Part shown: positions 29,436 through 39,576 of the stretch, piece after piece
How positions within the stretch are numbered: the stretch's first letter is position 1
Layout: every line of letters begins with the position of its first letter
Assembly: GCA_017622175.1 (NCBI GenBank)
Contig: JAGARQ010000009.1
Location: 1-59,507, forward strand
Direction of reading: 5' to 3'
DNA: 59,507 bases
Source: Bacilli bacterium
Lineage (GTDB): Bacteria; Bacillota_I; Bacilli_A; RF39; UBA660
Made by a program: the position numbers and the translations under genes
The notes under the pieces: generated by a model
Told to the model about the DNA's origin: nothing
The model's input: only the letters and a program-made list of their open reading frames with translations
Databases searched by the model: none

Positions 29436-31517
29436 ATGGATATGAAAAGAATAAAAATTGGCATAAAAAAGCTAAAAACAATGATTCAAAAAACAATAAA
29501 AAGAATTAAAACAGAACAACTAATAGAAAAATATATGAAAGATAATGTTTTATTTATTATGTTTGTTATAACAGGTGTACTAAATGCAAGTTTACTTCGA
29601 ATTTTATGTATGCCAACAGTAGAAAGCATTTTTTCTATACAAGCATTCTTAGCAGACTTTGCAGTAGTTACAATAATAGGATCGTTTGCTTACTTTTTAA
29701 AACCAAAACATAGATTTATTTATTATATATGTTTTAATATATTTTTAACTGCAATATGTATGATTAATTCAGTATATTATACTTACTATACATCATTTGC
29801 ATCAATCTCAATGTTATCATTAACACAATATGTAGGTGAAGTAGGCGATGCAGTAACAGAAAATGTTATTCAATTAAAAGACCTAATATATATAATTGGT
29901 CCAATTATAATGCTAGTAGTAAACAGAAAATTAAAAAAACAAAACTATTATAAAAGAATTGAAGTAAAATCAGAACGTAAGAAAAAAGCTTTTGTCACAT
30001 TAATAACAGGTGCTTGTATTGCTGGGGTATTCTTATTAACATTAACTCCAACAGATATAAGTAGATTATTAAAACAATGGAATAAAGAATATATTGTACA
30101 ATGCTTTGGAATATATGTTTATCAAGGTAACGACGTAATTTCAACAATTCAACCAACTATTAATTCTATGTTTGGTTATGATAAAGCTTATAAAAATTTT
30201 ACTGAATATTTTGAAGGAAAAGAAACAGTACATACAAACGAATATACAAATATTTTTGAAGGTAAGAATGTATTGGTAATCCATGCTGAAAGTATGCAAA
30301 CAAATCCAATGTACTTACAATTCAATGGACAAGAAGTAACACCAAACTTAAATCATTTAGCAAGACAAGGAATGTTCTTCTCAAATTATTATTCACAAGT
30401 TAGTGTTGGAACATCATCAGATGCTGAACTTACATTTAATACATCACTTATGCCAACAAAGAGTGGTACAGCATTTGTCTCATATCCAGAAAGAACTTAT
30501 ATTTCAACACCATCAATGTTAAAAGAAAAAGGATATTACACTTTTAGTATGCATGCCAATAACGGAGATTTCTGGAATAGACGTGTAATGCATCAAAGTT
30601 TAGGTTATGATAAATTTTACAGTAAATCAGAATATGAAATAGCTGATGAAAATATCATTGGTTTAGGACTAAATGATAAAGAGTTTTTCACACAATCTGT
30701 GGAAAAACTTAAAAAGATTGATTCAAAGCATGAGAAATGGTATGGATTAATGATTATGTTATCAAATCATACACCATTCTCAGATACAGAAAAATATGGT
30801 GAATTTCCTGTAGATATAAAAGAAACAATTACTAATCCAGATGGTACAACAGAAGAAGTTGTATATCCATACTTAGAAGGAACAAAACTAGGAAACTATT
30901 ATAAATCATTACACTATGCAGACTCTGCATTAGGTGTTCTAATAGAAGAACTTGATAAAGCAAATTTATTAGAAGATACAGTATTAGTAATTTATGGAGA
31001 CCATGATGCAAGAATCTCTAAAAAAGAATATAATTATCAACAAAATTATGATAAAGAAGAAGATGATTTATTAGATAGAGATGATGAAAATTACGTTGAA
31101 TTTGATTCATATCAACAAGAACTTGGTAGAAAAGTACCATTTATTATCTGGACAAAAGATATGGCTGGTACAAATCTAAATCAAGAAATAAGCAACGTTA
31201 TGGGAATGTATGATGCAATGCCTACATTAGGTAATATGCTAGGATTCTATAACGAATATGCTTTAGGACATGATATATTTAATATTAAAGATCAAAATAT
31301 AGTAGTATTCCCTAATGGTAACTGGTTAACAAATAAAGTTTATTATAACAGTCAAAAAGGTGAACACTTATCACTAGTAAATGAAGCAATTAGTGAAGAA
31401 GAAATAAAGAATAATAATGAATATGCTACAAAATTATTAGACGTATCAAATGACATAATTGTATTTGATTTATTAAAACCAAAAGATATAGAACCAGAAG
31501 AAGAGAAGGGGGAATAA
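29436..31517 (+). CDS. LTA synthase family (LtaS-like) protein
   Basis: 5 TMs then sulfatase-like domain: NVLVIHAESMQ, EVTPNLN, SSDAE, FWNR, SNHTPF, YGDH. Confidence 0.92.
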   Translation: MDMKRIKIGIKKLKTMIQKTIKRIKTEQLIEKYMKDNVLFIMFVITGVLNASLLRILCMPTVESIFSIQAFLADFAVVTIIGSFAYFLKPKHRFIYYICFNIFLTAICMINSVYYTYYTSFASISMLSLTQYVGEVGDAVTENVIQLKDLIYIIGPIIMLVVNRKLKKQNYYKRIEVKSERKKKAFVTLITGACIAGVFLLTLTPTDISRLLKQWNKEYIVQCFGIYVYQGNDVISTIQPTINSMFGYDKAYKNFTEYFEGKETVHTNEYTNIFEGKNVLVIHAESMQTNPMYLQFNGQEVTPNLNHLARQGMFFSNYYSQVSVGTSSDAELTFNTSLMPTKSGTAFVSYPERTYISTPSMLKEKGYYTFSMHANNGDFWNRRVMHQSLGYDKFYSKSEYEIADENIIGLGLNDKEFFTQSVEKLKKIDSKHEKWYGLMIMLSNHTPFSDTEKYGEFPVDIKETITNPDGTTEEVVYPYLEGTKLGNYYKSLHYADSALGVLIEELDKANLLEDTVLVIYGDHDARISKKEYNYQQNYDKEEDDLLDRDDENYVEFDSYQQELGRKVPFIIWTKDMAGTNLNQEISNVMGMYDAMPTLGNMLGFYNEYALGHDIFNIKDQNIVVFPNGNWLTNKVYYNSQKGEHLSLVNEAISEEEIKNNNEYATKLLDVSNDIIVFDLLKPKDIEPEEEKGE

Positions 31518-31518
31518 T

Positions 31519-32139
31519 ATGAAATTAAAGAAAAAACCAAAAATAATTATAACTTTAGTTGCATTACTTTTAATTGCTGCCTTAGCAATCGTACTAGTAA
31601 TAAGTTTTAAACCAAAAGAGAAAAAAGTAACAGAAGTAAAAGTATTAAAGTCAATTGATGAATATGGTTATCAATTAAAAGATAATAAAACAAAAAAATA
31701 CAAGGATATGTTTAAAGAATTAGAAGAAATTCTAAGAGCTGATACAGTAGATGAAGAAGCTTATGCTAAAAAAATATCTGAAATGTTTGTTTATGACTTT
31801 TTCTCATTAGAAGATAAAGCAGCTAAAACAGACGTTGGAGGAGTAGAATTTGTTCATCCTAATGCAGTAGCCAATTTCCTACTAAATGCAGAGGATACGT
31901 ATTATAAATATGTAGAAAGCAATATATATGGTGAACGAAAACAAGAACTTCCAGCAGTAGATAAAGTTACAGTAGAAAGTATTGAAAAATCAGAATTTGC
32001 TTGGAACAATGCAATTCATGAAGCTTATGAAGTAAAGCTATCATGGACTTATACAAATGAAAAATTTGCAGACTACCAAAAAACAGCCTTAGTAATTCTA
32101 ATTAAGAGTGATCTTAACTATTACGTAGTACAAATATAA
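31519..32139 (+). CDS. Membrane-anchored hypothetical protein
   Basis: N-terminal TM; translationally coupled to the ltaS-like gene. Confidence 0.75.
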   Translation: MKLKKKPKIIITLVALLLIAALAIVLVISFKPKEKKVTEVKVLKSIDEYGYQLKDNKTKKYKDMFKELEEILRADTVDEEAYAKKISEMFVYDFFSLEDKAAKTDVGGVEFVHPNAVANFLLNAEDTYYKYVESNIYGERKQELPAVDKVTVESIEKSEFAWNNAIHEAYEVKLSWTYTNEKFADYQKTALVILIKSDLNYYVVQI

Positions 32140-32164
32140 GAAGACAATAAGTCTTCTTTTTTTT
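32138..32164. terminator. Bidirectional terminator
   Basis: AAGAAGAC-AATAA-GTCTTCTTTTTTT between convergent genes. Confidence 0.6.
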
Positions 32165-32182
32165 GCAAAAAAAAGATGCTTT

Positions 32183-34285
32183 CTAAGAAGCATCTTCATT
32201 ATCATCACTTGGTGTAGTTGGAGTAGTAGGTGTTGTAGGAGTACTTGGAGTACTACTATCACCACTACCAGAATTATTATCTTTATCACCAGAATCTTCC
32301 TTATCTTCAGTAGATTCCTTATCATCTTTATCTTCATCTTTTGGTTTTTCTGTTTTAGCAGGACCAGATAATGTTAAATATAATGGTCCTCCAATTTTAT
32401 CCATACGTTTATTAGCAGGATAATTTTGTTCAATAACTGTACCTTCTTCACCGGCAAATATAACAGATAAACCTAGGCTTTTAGCCTTTGCTTCAGCAGC
32501 ACTAGCGCTCATACCAATAAAGCTTGGCAATAATTGATATAATCCAGAACCTGTTCTATATGGTCCTTTACCAATGACATTTTTCTCATAATTAACATTT
32601 ATTGAGAAACTAAATGTTTTTATATCATTATGACCTGTTAGTTCAAGATTTTCTTTCATCGCTTGAACAATATCTGCTTTACTTGATTTATTTGGAACAT
32701 AGTTATATAAAACCATTCTCATTCCTTCATCATAAATCATTTGACTATTTCCAGATAAATATAATTGTTGGATATTAATTAAATTAGACTCTTCAGCATT
32801 TGAACTCTTTTTAATAATATCCTTTCCAACGTTATAAAATTCTAATATTTGTTTAGTAGTTAAGTTAGTATCTAAACTATTTGATACTGTATCAAGTATA
32901 GTAGTAAATTGACTAACCTTTGTAATTGTTTTCATTTTATTAATTAATGCCATTATAATTTCTTGTTGGTGTTGAGCTCTACCAAAATCACCATTAGCAA
33001 GTTGTTTTCTATTTCTTGCAAATACTAATGCTTGTTCACCATTAAGAACTTGTCTTCCTGCCTCAATACAAACAGTTCCGTATCTAGAAGAATCATCTGT
33101 ACATAAACGAGAAGGAACATCAACTTCAACTCCACCAACAGCATTTACTAATTTTACTAATCCTTTAAAATTAATTTTTGCATAATAATCAATTGTAATA
33201 CCAAAATAATTTTGAATTGTATTAATCATACAATCGTTACCATATCCAGCTGCATGTGTTATTTTATTTTCTGCTTTATTAGCCCAACATGCAATTGGAA
33301 CATAACTATCTCTTGGAATAGATAACATTGTAGCATTTAATGTTTTCGGATTAAATGTAATTAAGATTAATGTATCTCCATTCGCAACAGCATTTTTTGA
33401 TAACACCTCAGCAGTAGAATCAATTCCCATCAATAATATTGTAAATGGTTCAGTAACTGATTTATTAGCAGAAGCAATCTCAATATCAGATGTTTCTGAT
33501 TTCTTCATTTCTTTTTCTTTACTAATAATAACTTTAGTATCAGTAGCAATATCTTCATATCCAGTAATATCTGAATACATATCTACATAATTACTTGTAA
33601 TAAATAATGCATCAAGTTCACCAGCATACATGTCAACTAACATTTCTGAATAGTTTTCATAAGACTTAATAACGTTTGTATCATGTAATGTATATTCTTT
33701 AACAATCTCTTGTGGGATTATATAACCTTCAGGAGATTTTTCATCTGTAAGTATACCAATTTCATAATCAACAATATCTTCAATCTTAGTAGCCTTATCA
33801 TCACTCATAACAAGTAAGCTAGAAGAGTAAGTAACCAAATCCTTATTAATATTATCAACTTTACTATAAAGATAATTTATTACAAAACCTCCAGCAAAAC
33901 AAATTGCAGCAAACAAGAACATAAATAATCCAAATAAAATATGTTTTTTTCTTTTCTTCTTACGAGTCTTTGCAATAACAAATAATCTAATTAAAAATAT
34001 AAAATCAATTAAACCAAGTATCACTATAACAATATATCTAACTAGATTTTCAATACCATCTAATAGGAGTAACTGATAAGAAAGATATCCACTAAATGCA
34101 ACTACCAAAATTAAAAGTATTGCTAATACTAATAAACCAAATGAAAACTTTTTAGTCTTTACTTGTTCATCAGCAGGAACATTTTCTTTAACTTTCTTTT
34201 CTTTAACATTTTTAGTTTTAATCTTCTTTTCCTTAATTTTTTCTTCTTTAACTTTTTTTTCTTTAGGTTCTTTTTTCTTTAACAT
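32183..34285 (-). CDS. LCP (LytR-CpsA-Psr) glycopolymer transferase, CpsA-like, with C-terminal PASTA-like domain
   Basis: 3 TMs, accessory domain, ILLMGID, DTLIL, SIPRDSYV, ALVFARNR, GDFGRAQHQQ; LPSFIG...VIEQNYP; D/S/TP-rich tail. Confidence 0.92.
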   Translation of the reverse strand: MLKKKEPKEKKVKEEKIKEKKIKTKNVKEKKVKENVPADEQVKTKKFSFGLLVLAILLILVVAFSGYLSYQLLLLDGIENLVRYIVIVILGLIDFIFLIRLFVIAKTRKKKRKKHILFGLFMFLFAAICFAGGFVINYLYSKVDNINKDLVTYSSSLLVMSDDKATKIEDIVDYEIGILTDEKSPEGYIIPQEIVKEYTLHDTNVIKSYENYSEMLVDMYAGELDALFITSNYVDMYSDITGYEDIATDTKVIISKEKEMKKSETSDIEIASANKSVTEPFTILLMGIDSTAEVLSKNAVANGDTLILITFNPKTLNATMLSIPRDSYVPIACWANKAENKITHAAGYGNDCMINTIQNYFGITIDYYAKINFKGLVKLVNAVGGVEVDVPSRLCTDDSSRYGTVCIEAGRQVLNGEQALVFARNRKQLANGDFGRAQHQQEIIMALINKMKTITKVSQFTTILDTVSNSLDTNLTTKQILEFYNVGKDIIKKSSNAEESNLINIQQLYLSGNSQMIYDEGMRMVLYNYVPNKSSKADIVQAMKENLELTGHNDIKTFSFSINVNYEKNVIGKGPYRTGSGLYQLLPSFIGMSASAAEAKAKSLGLSVIFAGEEGTVIEQNYPANKRMDKIGGPLYLTLSGPAKTEKPKDEDKDDKESTEDKEDSGDKDNNSGSGDSSTPSTPTTPTTPTTPSDDNEDAS

Positions 34286-34479
34286 AAGTAACCTCCAATC
34301 ACTAAATTCTATAATAAATTATATCTAATTTCTATTAATTTATCAAGGTTCCAAGAACTGCTAATCAAATAAAATAATATCTTTGTAAAAAAATGTAAAA
34401 TAATGGGAAATGCCTCAGTATTATTCAAATAGAAATAATAAATTTGTTATAATATAATTGAATTATAAGATGGAGGTCT

Positions 34480-37400
34480 ATGCATATGAAAAAGAAATTC
34501 TTATTTTTTACACTATTCACATTATTAAGTTTCTTATGTATAACAGATACTTATGCATATGATCAAAATAATTATGCATCTCGTGCACTATGTGGGAACT
34601 TTGAGGTGGCTTTATTTAAAGCAGATGGTACCATAGAAACAAAAACATGTCATTCTAACTATGATGAAGCAAATGCTGCTATGAAAGCAGATGGAAATAA
34701 AGACTTAGCTGTTCTTGGTAAATGGGATGGCAGAACAAAAATATTTAATGCCAATGCGGCCTTAGTTGACTTAACTGGTCCTACGGATACATTTAATATT
34801 TACCCTGATTCACAAATTATCACAAAACAAGAACATACTTACATGTATGGAGGAAGTGGATATGGTGGAGTAGATGCTCCGTTATTAGCAGTAGGATATT
34901 CATCACATGCAAATACCTTTACTGCTAAAATTAAAATAAGTGGATATGCGGGATGGATTAGACTAGGTATAGTAGAAATTGTTCCTCTCGTTTGGGTTAA
35001 ATCATCAAATAGTTATACAATTACAGATGAAATAATTAGACATAATTATGTATTAAAAATTCAAGAAACTTATTCTGGATCATCAGGAAGTACAATAGGA
35101 CCAAAACCACCAATGTTAAATCCAGGAAATTATTATAGCTATGATGGTCACTATTTTTATACAGACAGATACCAAATGATTGAAGATTATAAAAATGAAA
35201 CATATAACAATTCAGTTAATAAAGATAAACCATACTATAACTATTACCAATTCCTACCACAACATACAAAAACAACGTATTCTAGTATTAATATAGATGA
35301 ATATGTTAGAAACATGGGTTACCTTCAAGATGTTTATGGTAGTAAAGCAGTAAATCACGCAGGTTATCAAACATCAAGATTATATGGAAAAGGAGCATTC
35401 TTCTATAACGCTCAAGAATTATATGGTGGAAATGCCTTGCTTGCCTTTGGTGTAAGTAGAAATGAAACTGGAAATGGAACAAGTAATTTATCAATAAATA
35501 AAAATAATGGTTTTGGACTAAATGCAGTAGATTCAAATCCTACAGAAGAATCTGACTGGTTCCCAACATTTGCTCAAAGTATTTATGATTATAATAATTC
35601 ATGGGTAACTTATGGATATTCACATCCAGATGTTTGGAAATACAACGGTGCCCAAAACGGAAATAAATATGTAGGTATGAACGTTAGATATGCTTCAGAT
35701 GTAAACTGGGGAGAGAAAATGGCATCTCATTATTACTTCCTAGATAAAGCTTATGGATTGCAAGACTATAACTATTATCAACTTGCAGTAACTACCAAAG
35801 CAACAGCAGCATATGCATCAACATCAACAACCGCAAGAGAACCAATATACTACTATAAATCATCTGACGTTGCTTTAGTATTATTAGGAGAAGTAGAAGG
35901 TGAAGAAGTAGACGGAAATAAATTATGGTATAAAGCAGTATCTGACATGAATATCGATAAGAATTTTAATGAGATATCATCAGGATATTACAATTGGGAT
36001 TCTTATGTATATGTTCCTGCTGCTCATGTTTATAAAATAAATGAAGGAAAGAATGGTTACATCTCTCCAAATGATGTTCCAAAACATAAAGATAGCGGGT
36101 ATACATATGACTTACATACTGAAGGCTCTATTTTAAAACCAAAAGTAGCAGTTTCAGTAAAAGACTCAAGTTATTATTATGATTCAGCACTAACTAGTAA
36201 AACAGGACAAATATTACTAAATAATCGTTATGTAATGGTATATGCAACTACATATGATGAAAATAAAAAAATTATTTCATATTTAATATCTTCAGATTAT
36301 AAATATGAACAAAAGCACTGGATAAGTGCAGATGCAATTAAATTTGTTACATCTGCATATGGCCAAGCCAGTGTAACAGTACCAGGACAAAACCTATATA
36401 CAACAATAAATCCTACAACAGTAGATGATTTAGCAACTCATATTAGTGGGCTATATCATTATGGATATACACCAATACTAGACGAAAAAATAGTAAGTGG
36501 ACAACTATGGTACAAAGTACCAGTGAACTTAAGTGGATCAGTAAACATTTATGGTTGGACTTTAGCAGAAGCAGAAAATGTAAAAATAACAAAATATCAA
36601 TATACTGCGACAAATCAAGCTCCAGTAATATCTGCTAATGATAAAACAATTATTCAAGGTCAAAAATTTAATGAAAAAGAAAATGTTACTGCTCAAGATG
36701 CCGAAGATGGAAATATTACAGATTCAATAATTGTAACAGCAAACAATGTAAAAATAAATGAGCCTGGAACTTATCAAGTAACATACGAAGTAACAGATAG
36801 TGGAAATTATAAAACAACTAAAACAATCACAGTAACAGTTGTTAAAGATGAAGAACCAGTTATAAATGTAACTGATAAAAAAATTAATTTAGGAGATGTC
36901 TTTGATCCTAAAAAAGACGTAACAGTTGAAGATAAAGAAGACGGTCCAATTACTGAAATTTCAGTAGATGATAGCAAAGTTAACTATCAAGAAGCAGGAA
37001 CTTATCAAATAATCTACACTGTAAAAGATAGTTTTGGACACACAGTTACAAAAACTATATCTTTAACAATTGAAGATAATCAATCAAACGATGATAATGA
37101 AGAAGAGGAAGATGAAGCAGAAGAAAGAGAAGGTTCATTCTATTTTGACTACTTAGATAACAAAGATAATAAACTTATGTTAAGAGGATATTTAACAATA
37201 AGTGGAATGAATAACACTCTTGAAGAAGATATTACATATTATATAGGCTATATTAATACCAAAAATATAGAAGATGTTATTATTCAAGAAGCAACAAGAA
37301 TTACAGACTTAACAGGAATAGAAAGACCAATATATTCTGCAGACGGTTACAAATATACTCATTCATGGTTTGAAGCAGAAATTGATATAGATAGTCTAAA

Positions 37401-38055
37401 AGTAGGAAATTATATCATGGCAATTGTTGCCTCAACAGAAGATGCAATTTCCTCAGCCTTAGTAACAAACAAGTTATATAAGACAGAAATTACAGGATTT
37501 CAAACTGATGAAAAAACTGTAAATATTAAGAATAACTACAGCGATAGAACAAGTGCTGTAACATTGTATATAAGAGATAAAGAAATACCAACTAAAAATG
37601 TCGGTAGTTATTATAATCAATATGATATCTGGAGAACGTTTGAATTTGTAGACAATAAACTTCATTTAAAAGGTGCTACATATTCTTATGGAATGAATCT
37701 TGCAGAAAATCAAACAGTTTCAAGAACATTAATTATTGAAAATAAAGAAACTTATGAATCATATAAATATGATATTGGCAGTATTGCCAATGGATTATAC
37801 ACAGTAGCTTTACCAGTATCAGATAATTTAGACAAAACAAGAGCATGGTATGATGCAACAATTGACATAGCAAATATTCCAAAAGGTACATATAAGTTAT
37901 ACATCACAACAACTTCAAATGTCACAGATTATTCAGAATTTACTGATAGTCTCGGTAGAGATTTATCGGATAAAAAGATAGTTATTAATGATAAAACATA
38001 TCAATTTAGTCTAAACAGACAAGAAGGAAATACAATAGAATTAGAGGTATCATAA
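34480..38055 (+). CDS. Secreted multidomain peptidoglycan hydrolase (glucosaminidase-like) with Ig-like repeats
   Basis: Signal peptide; NETGNG, NNGFGLNAVD, GMNVRYASDVNWGEK; two AQDAEDG/PGTYQVTY-type Ig repeats; duplicated C-terminal domain. Confidence 0.82.
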   Translation: MHMKKKFLFFTLFTLLSFLCITDTYAYDQNNYASRALCGNFEVALFKADGTIETKTCHSNYDEANAAMKADGNKDLAVLGKWDGRTKIFNANAALVDLTGPTDTFNIYPDSQIITKQEHTYMYGGSGYGGVDAPLLAVGYSSHANTFTAKIKISGYAGWIRLGIVEIVPLVWVKSSNSYTITDEIIRHNYVLKIQETYSGSSGSTIGPKPPMLNPGNYYSYDGHYFYTDRYQMIEDYKNETYNNSVNKDKPYYNYYQFLPQHTKTTYSSINIDEYVRNMGYLQDVYGSKAVNHAGYQTSRLYGKGAFFYNAQELYGGNALLAFGVSRNETGNGTSNLSINKNNGFGLNAVDSNPTEESDWFPTFAQSIYDYNNSWVTYGYSHPDVWKYNGAQNGNKYVGMNVRYASDVNWGEKMASHYYFLDKAYGLQDYNYYQLAVTTKATAAYASTSTTAREPIYYYKSSDVALVLLGEVEGEEVDGNKLWYKAVSDMNIDKNFNEISSGYYNWDSYVYVPAAHVYKINEGKNGYISPNDVPKHKDSGYTYDLHTEGSILKPKVAVSVKDSSYYYDSALTSKTGQILLNNRYVMVYATTYDENKKIISYLISSDYKYEQKHWISADAIKFVTSAYGQASVTVPGQNLYTTINPTTVDDLATHISGLYHYGYTPILDEKIVSGQLWYKVPVNLSGSVNIYGWTLAEAENVKITKYQYTATNQAPVISANDKTIIQGQKFNEKENVTAQDAEDGNITDSIIVTANNVKINEPGTYQVTYEVTDSGNYKTTKTITVTVVKDEEPVINVTDKKINLGDVFDPKKDVTVEDKEDGPITEISVDDSKVNYQEAGTYQIIYTVKDSFGHTVTKTISLTIEDNQSNDDNEEEEDEAEEREGSFYFDYLDNKDNKLMLRGYLTISGMNNTLEEDITYYIGYINTKNIEDVIIQEATRITDLTGIERPIYSADGYKYTHSWFEAEIDIDSLKVGNYIMAIVASTEDAISSALVTNKLYKTEITGFQTDEKTVNIKNNYSDRTSAVTLYIRDKEIPTKNVGSYYNQYDIWRTFEFVDNKLHLKGATYSYGMNLAENQTVSRTLIIENKETYESYKYDIGSIANGLYTVALPVSDNLDKTRAWYDATIDIANIPKGTYKLYITTTSNVTDYSEFTDSLGRDLSDKKIVINDKTYQFSLNRQEGNTIELEVS

Positions 38056-38067
38056 TACCTCTTTTTT
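38043..38067 (+). terminator. Intrinsic terminator
   Basis: AGAGGTAT-CATA-ATACCTCTTTTTT. Confidence 0.7.
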
Positions 38068-38077
38068 GTTGATATAA

Positions 38078-38106
38078 TTGACAAAAAACATGATTTGTGG
38101 TATAAT
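38078..38106 (+). promoter_or_regulatory. Perfect-consensus sigma-A promoter
   Basis: TTGACA, 17 bp, TATAAT with TG extension. Confidence 0.85.
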
Positions 38107-38138
38107 GTATGCACCATTGAGGGTAGGGGGGTAAAAAT

Positions 38139-39554
38139 ATGAAAGGTAAGTTAGTAATACAATATCAAGATAATTGTAAAAGAGTAGACTATCAATTTGA
38201 AGAATCATTAAGTTATGACTTATCTTCAGATTATTTAGTGTGGGTTACCTTGCCTAGAGGAAGAACAATAAACCTAAAAGAAATAAAATTAGGATTAAAT
38301 AAGTACCTTCTAAGAAAATTAAATGGTAAGACATATCAAAGAGACTTCCCAGATAGAGTAGAACTATTAAAAGAGGCATACTCAAACGATATAGACATTT
38401 TAGATAATTGTGATTCAGTTGAAATAATCGACTTAGCTGATGAAAGTATTGATTCAATTATGGCTCACCCATCTAGTAAAATTATTATTAAAGATAAAGA
38501 ACATCCATTAACTATTGAAGAGGTAGAACGTCTTGAAAGAAAATATGCTGGTAAAGATAATATTTATGTATACGTAGATGAAAACGAATCACCTGTATCT
38601 TTAGAAGATTATAGAACTACAGTAGAGGAGATTACAGCAATTGCCAATAGAATTAAAGCATATGGATTATCACCTTTAGAAGCAGCTATTTATGCATACG
38701 ATTATGCAAGAGATAGATTATATGTTGAAGAACAAAGTAATGATTACACAGATTCAAGAGACTTAACTAAAGTACTATTAGGAGACGAAATTGTTTGTGT
38801 AGGATATTCAAGAATCTTAAATGCAATATTAAAAAAATGTGGAATAACTTCATCATTATATAGAGTAAACAGTGAGGATGGTTCTCATGCACTTACAATT
38901 GCCAGAATTACAGATGAAAAATATGATATAGATAGTGTTTATTATATTGACGCTACAAAAGGTAGAAAACACGACGATACAAATAATCATTTTTATAGTT
39001 ATAAATCATTTGCTATGACAAGAGGTGAAGCTCTTGCCTTTGGATATTATGAAGATGAAACATTTGGAAAAATAGATATAGATGAATATAAAAGAGTAGC
39101 ACAAGCTATTCTAAATGGAGAGCTTGTTCGTACATATCTTCCAGATGCTAGACAAAGTATTTCTAATATAATAAAATTCTTAGATGGAAAATCAGTTTAT
39201 GAAATACCATTTGCAGGTAATAGTGTATCAATAAAAGAAGTGCCAGATGCAGTAGAAAAACTTGAGTTAATGTATCAATTATTAAGTACACAAATTGAAC
39301 CAACTAAATTAGTTTCTGCAATCGAAAGGGTAAGACAAGTTGAATACTATGAAAATCCATATAAGTTTCCATATTCAAAAGACACAATAAGAGCAATTGG
39401 AACTATGTCAAAATCAGATTTTTCATTTTATCCATATGCAGATAAACAACTAGAAAAAATGTATCAAGAACATGAAGAAGATTATGATAAAACAAGATTA
39501 AGAATAGACTTAGTAAAAGTACTAAAAAAAGTAAAAGAACAAAAAGAAAAGTAA
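38139..39554 (+). CDS. Transglutaminase-like (Cys-His-Asp) domain protein
   Basis: LSPLEA.IYAYDY, IVCVGYS (Cys), SHALT (His), YYIDAT (Asp); no signal peptide. Confidence 0.7.
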   Translation: MKGKLVIQYQDNCKRVDYQFEESLSYDLSSDYLVWVTLPRGRTINLKEIKLGLNKYLLRKLNGKTYQRDFPDRVELLKEAYSNDIDILDNCDSVEIIDLADESIDSIMAHPSSKIIIKDKEHPLTIEEVERLERKYAGKDNIYVYVDENESPVSLEDYRTTVEEITAIANRIKAYGLSPLEAAIYAYDYARDRLYVEEQSNDYTDSRDLTKVLLGDEIVCVGYSRILNAILKKCGITSSLYRVNSEDGSHALTIARITDEKYDIDSVYYIDATKGRKHDDTNNHFYSYKSFAMTRGEALAFGYYEDETFGKIDIDEYKRVAQAILNGELVRTYLPDARQSISNIIKFLDGKSVYEIPFAGNSVSIKEVPDAVEKLELMYQLLSTQIEPTKLVSAIERVRQVEYYENPYKFPYSKDTIRAIGTMSKSDFSFYPYADKQLEKMYQEHEEDYDKTRLRIDLVKVLKKVKEQKEK

Positions 39555-39571
39555 GCATTTAGCTTACTTTT
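39547..39571. terminator. Bidirectional terminator
   Basis: AAAAGTAAGC-ATTTA-GCTTACTTTTT. Confidence 0.7.
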
Positions 39572-39576
39572 TATTT

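Noticed and set aside
32200-32345. Short tandem repeats resembling an array
   Set aside because: They encode the TPT/DKDD low-complexity tail of the LCP protein; no repeat-spacer structure
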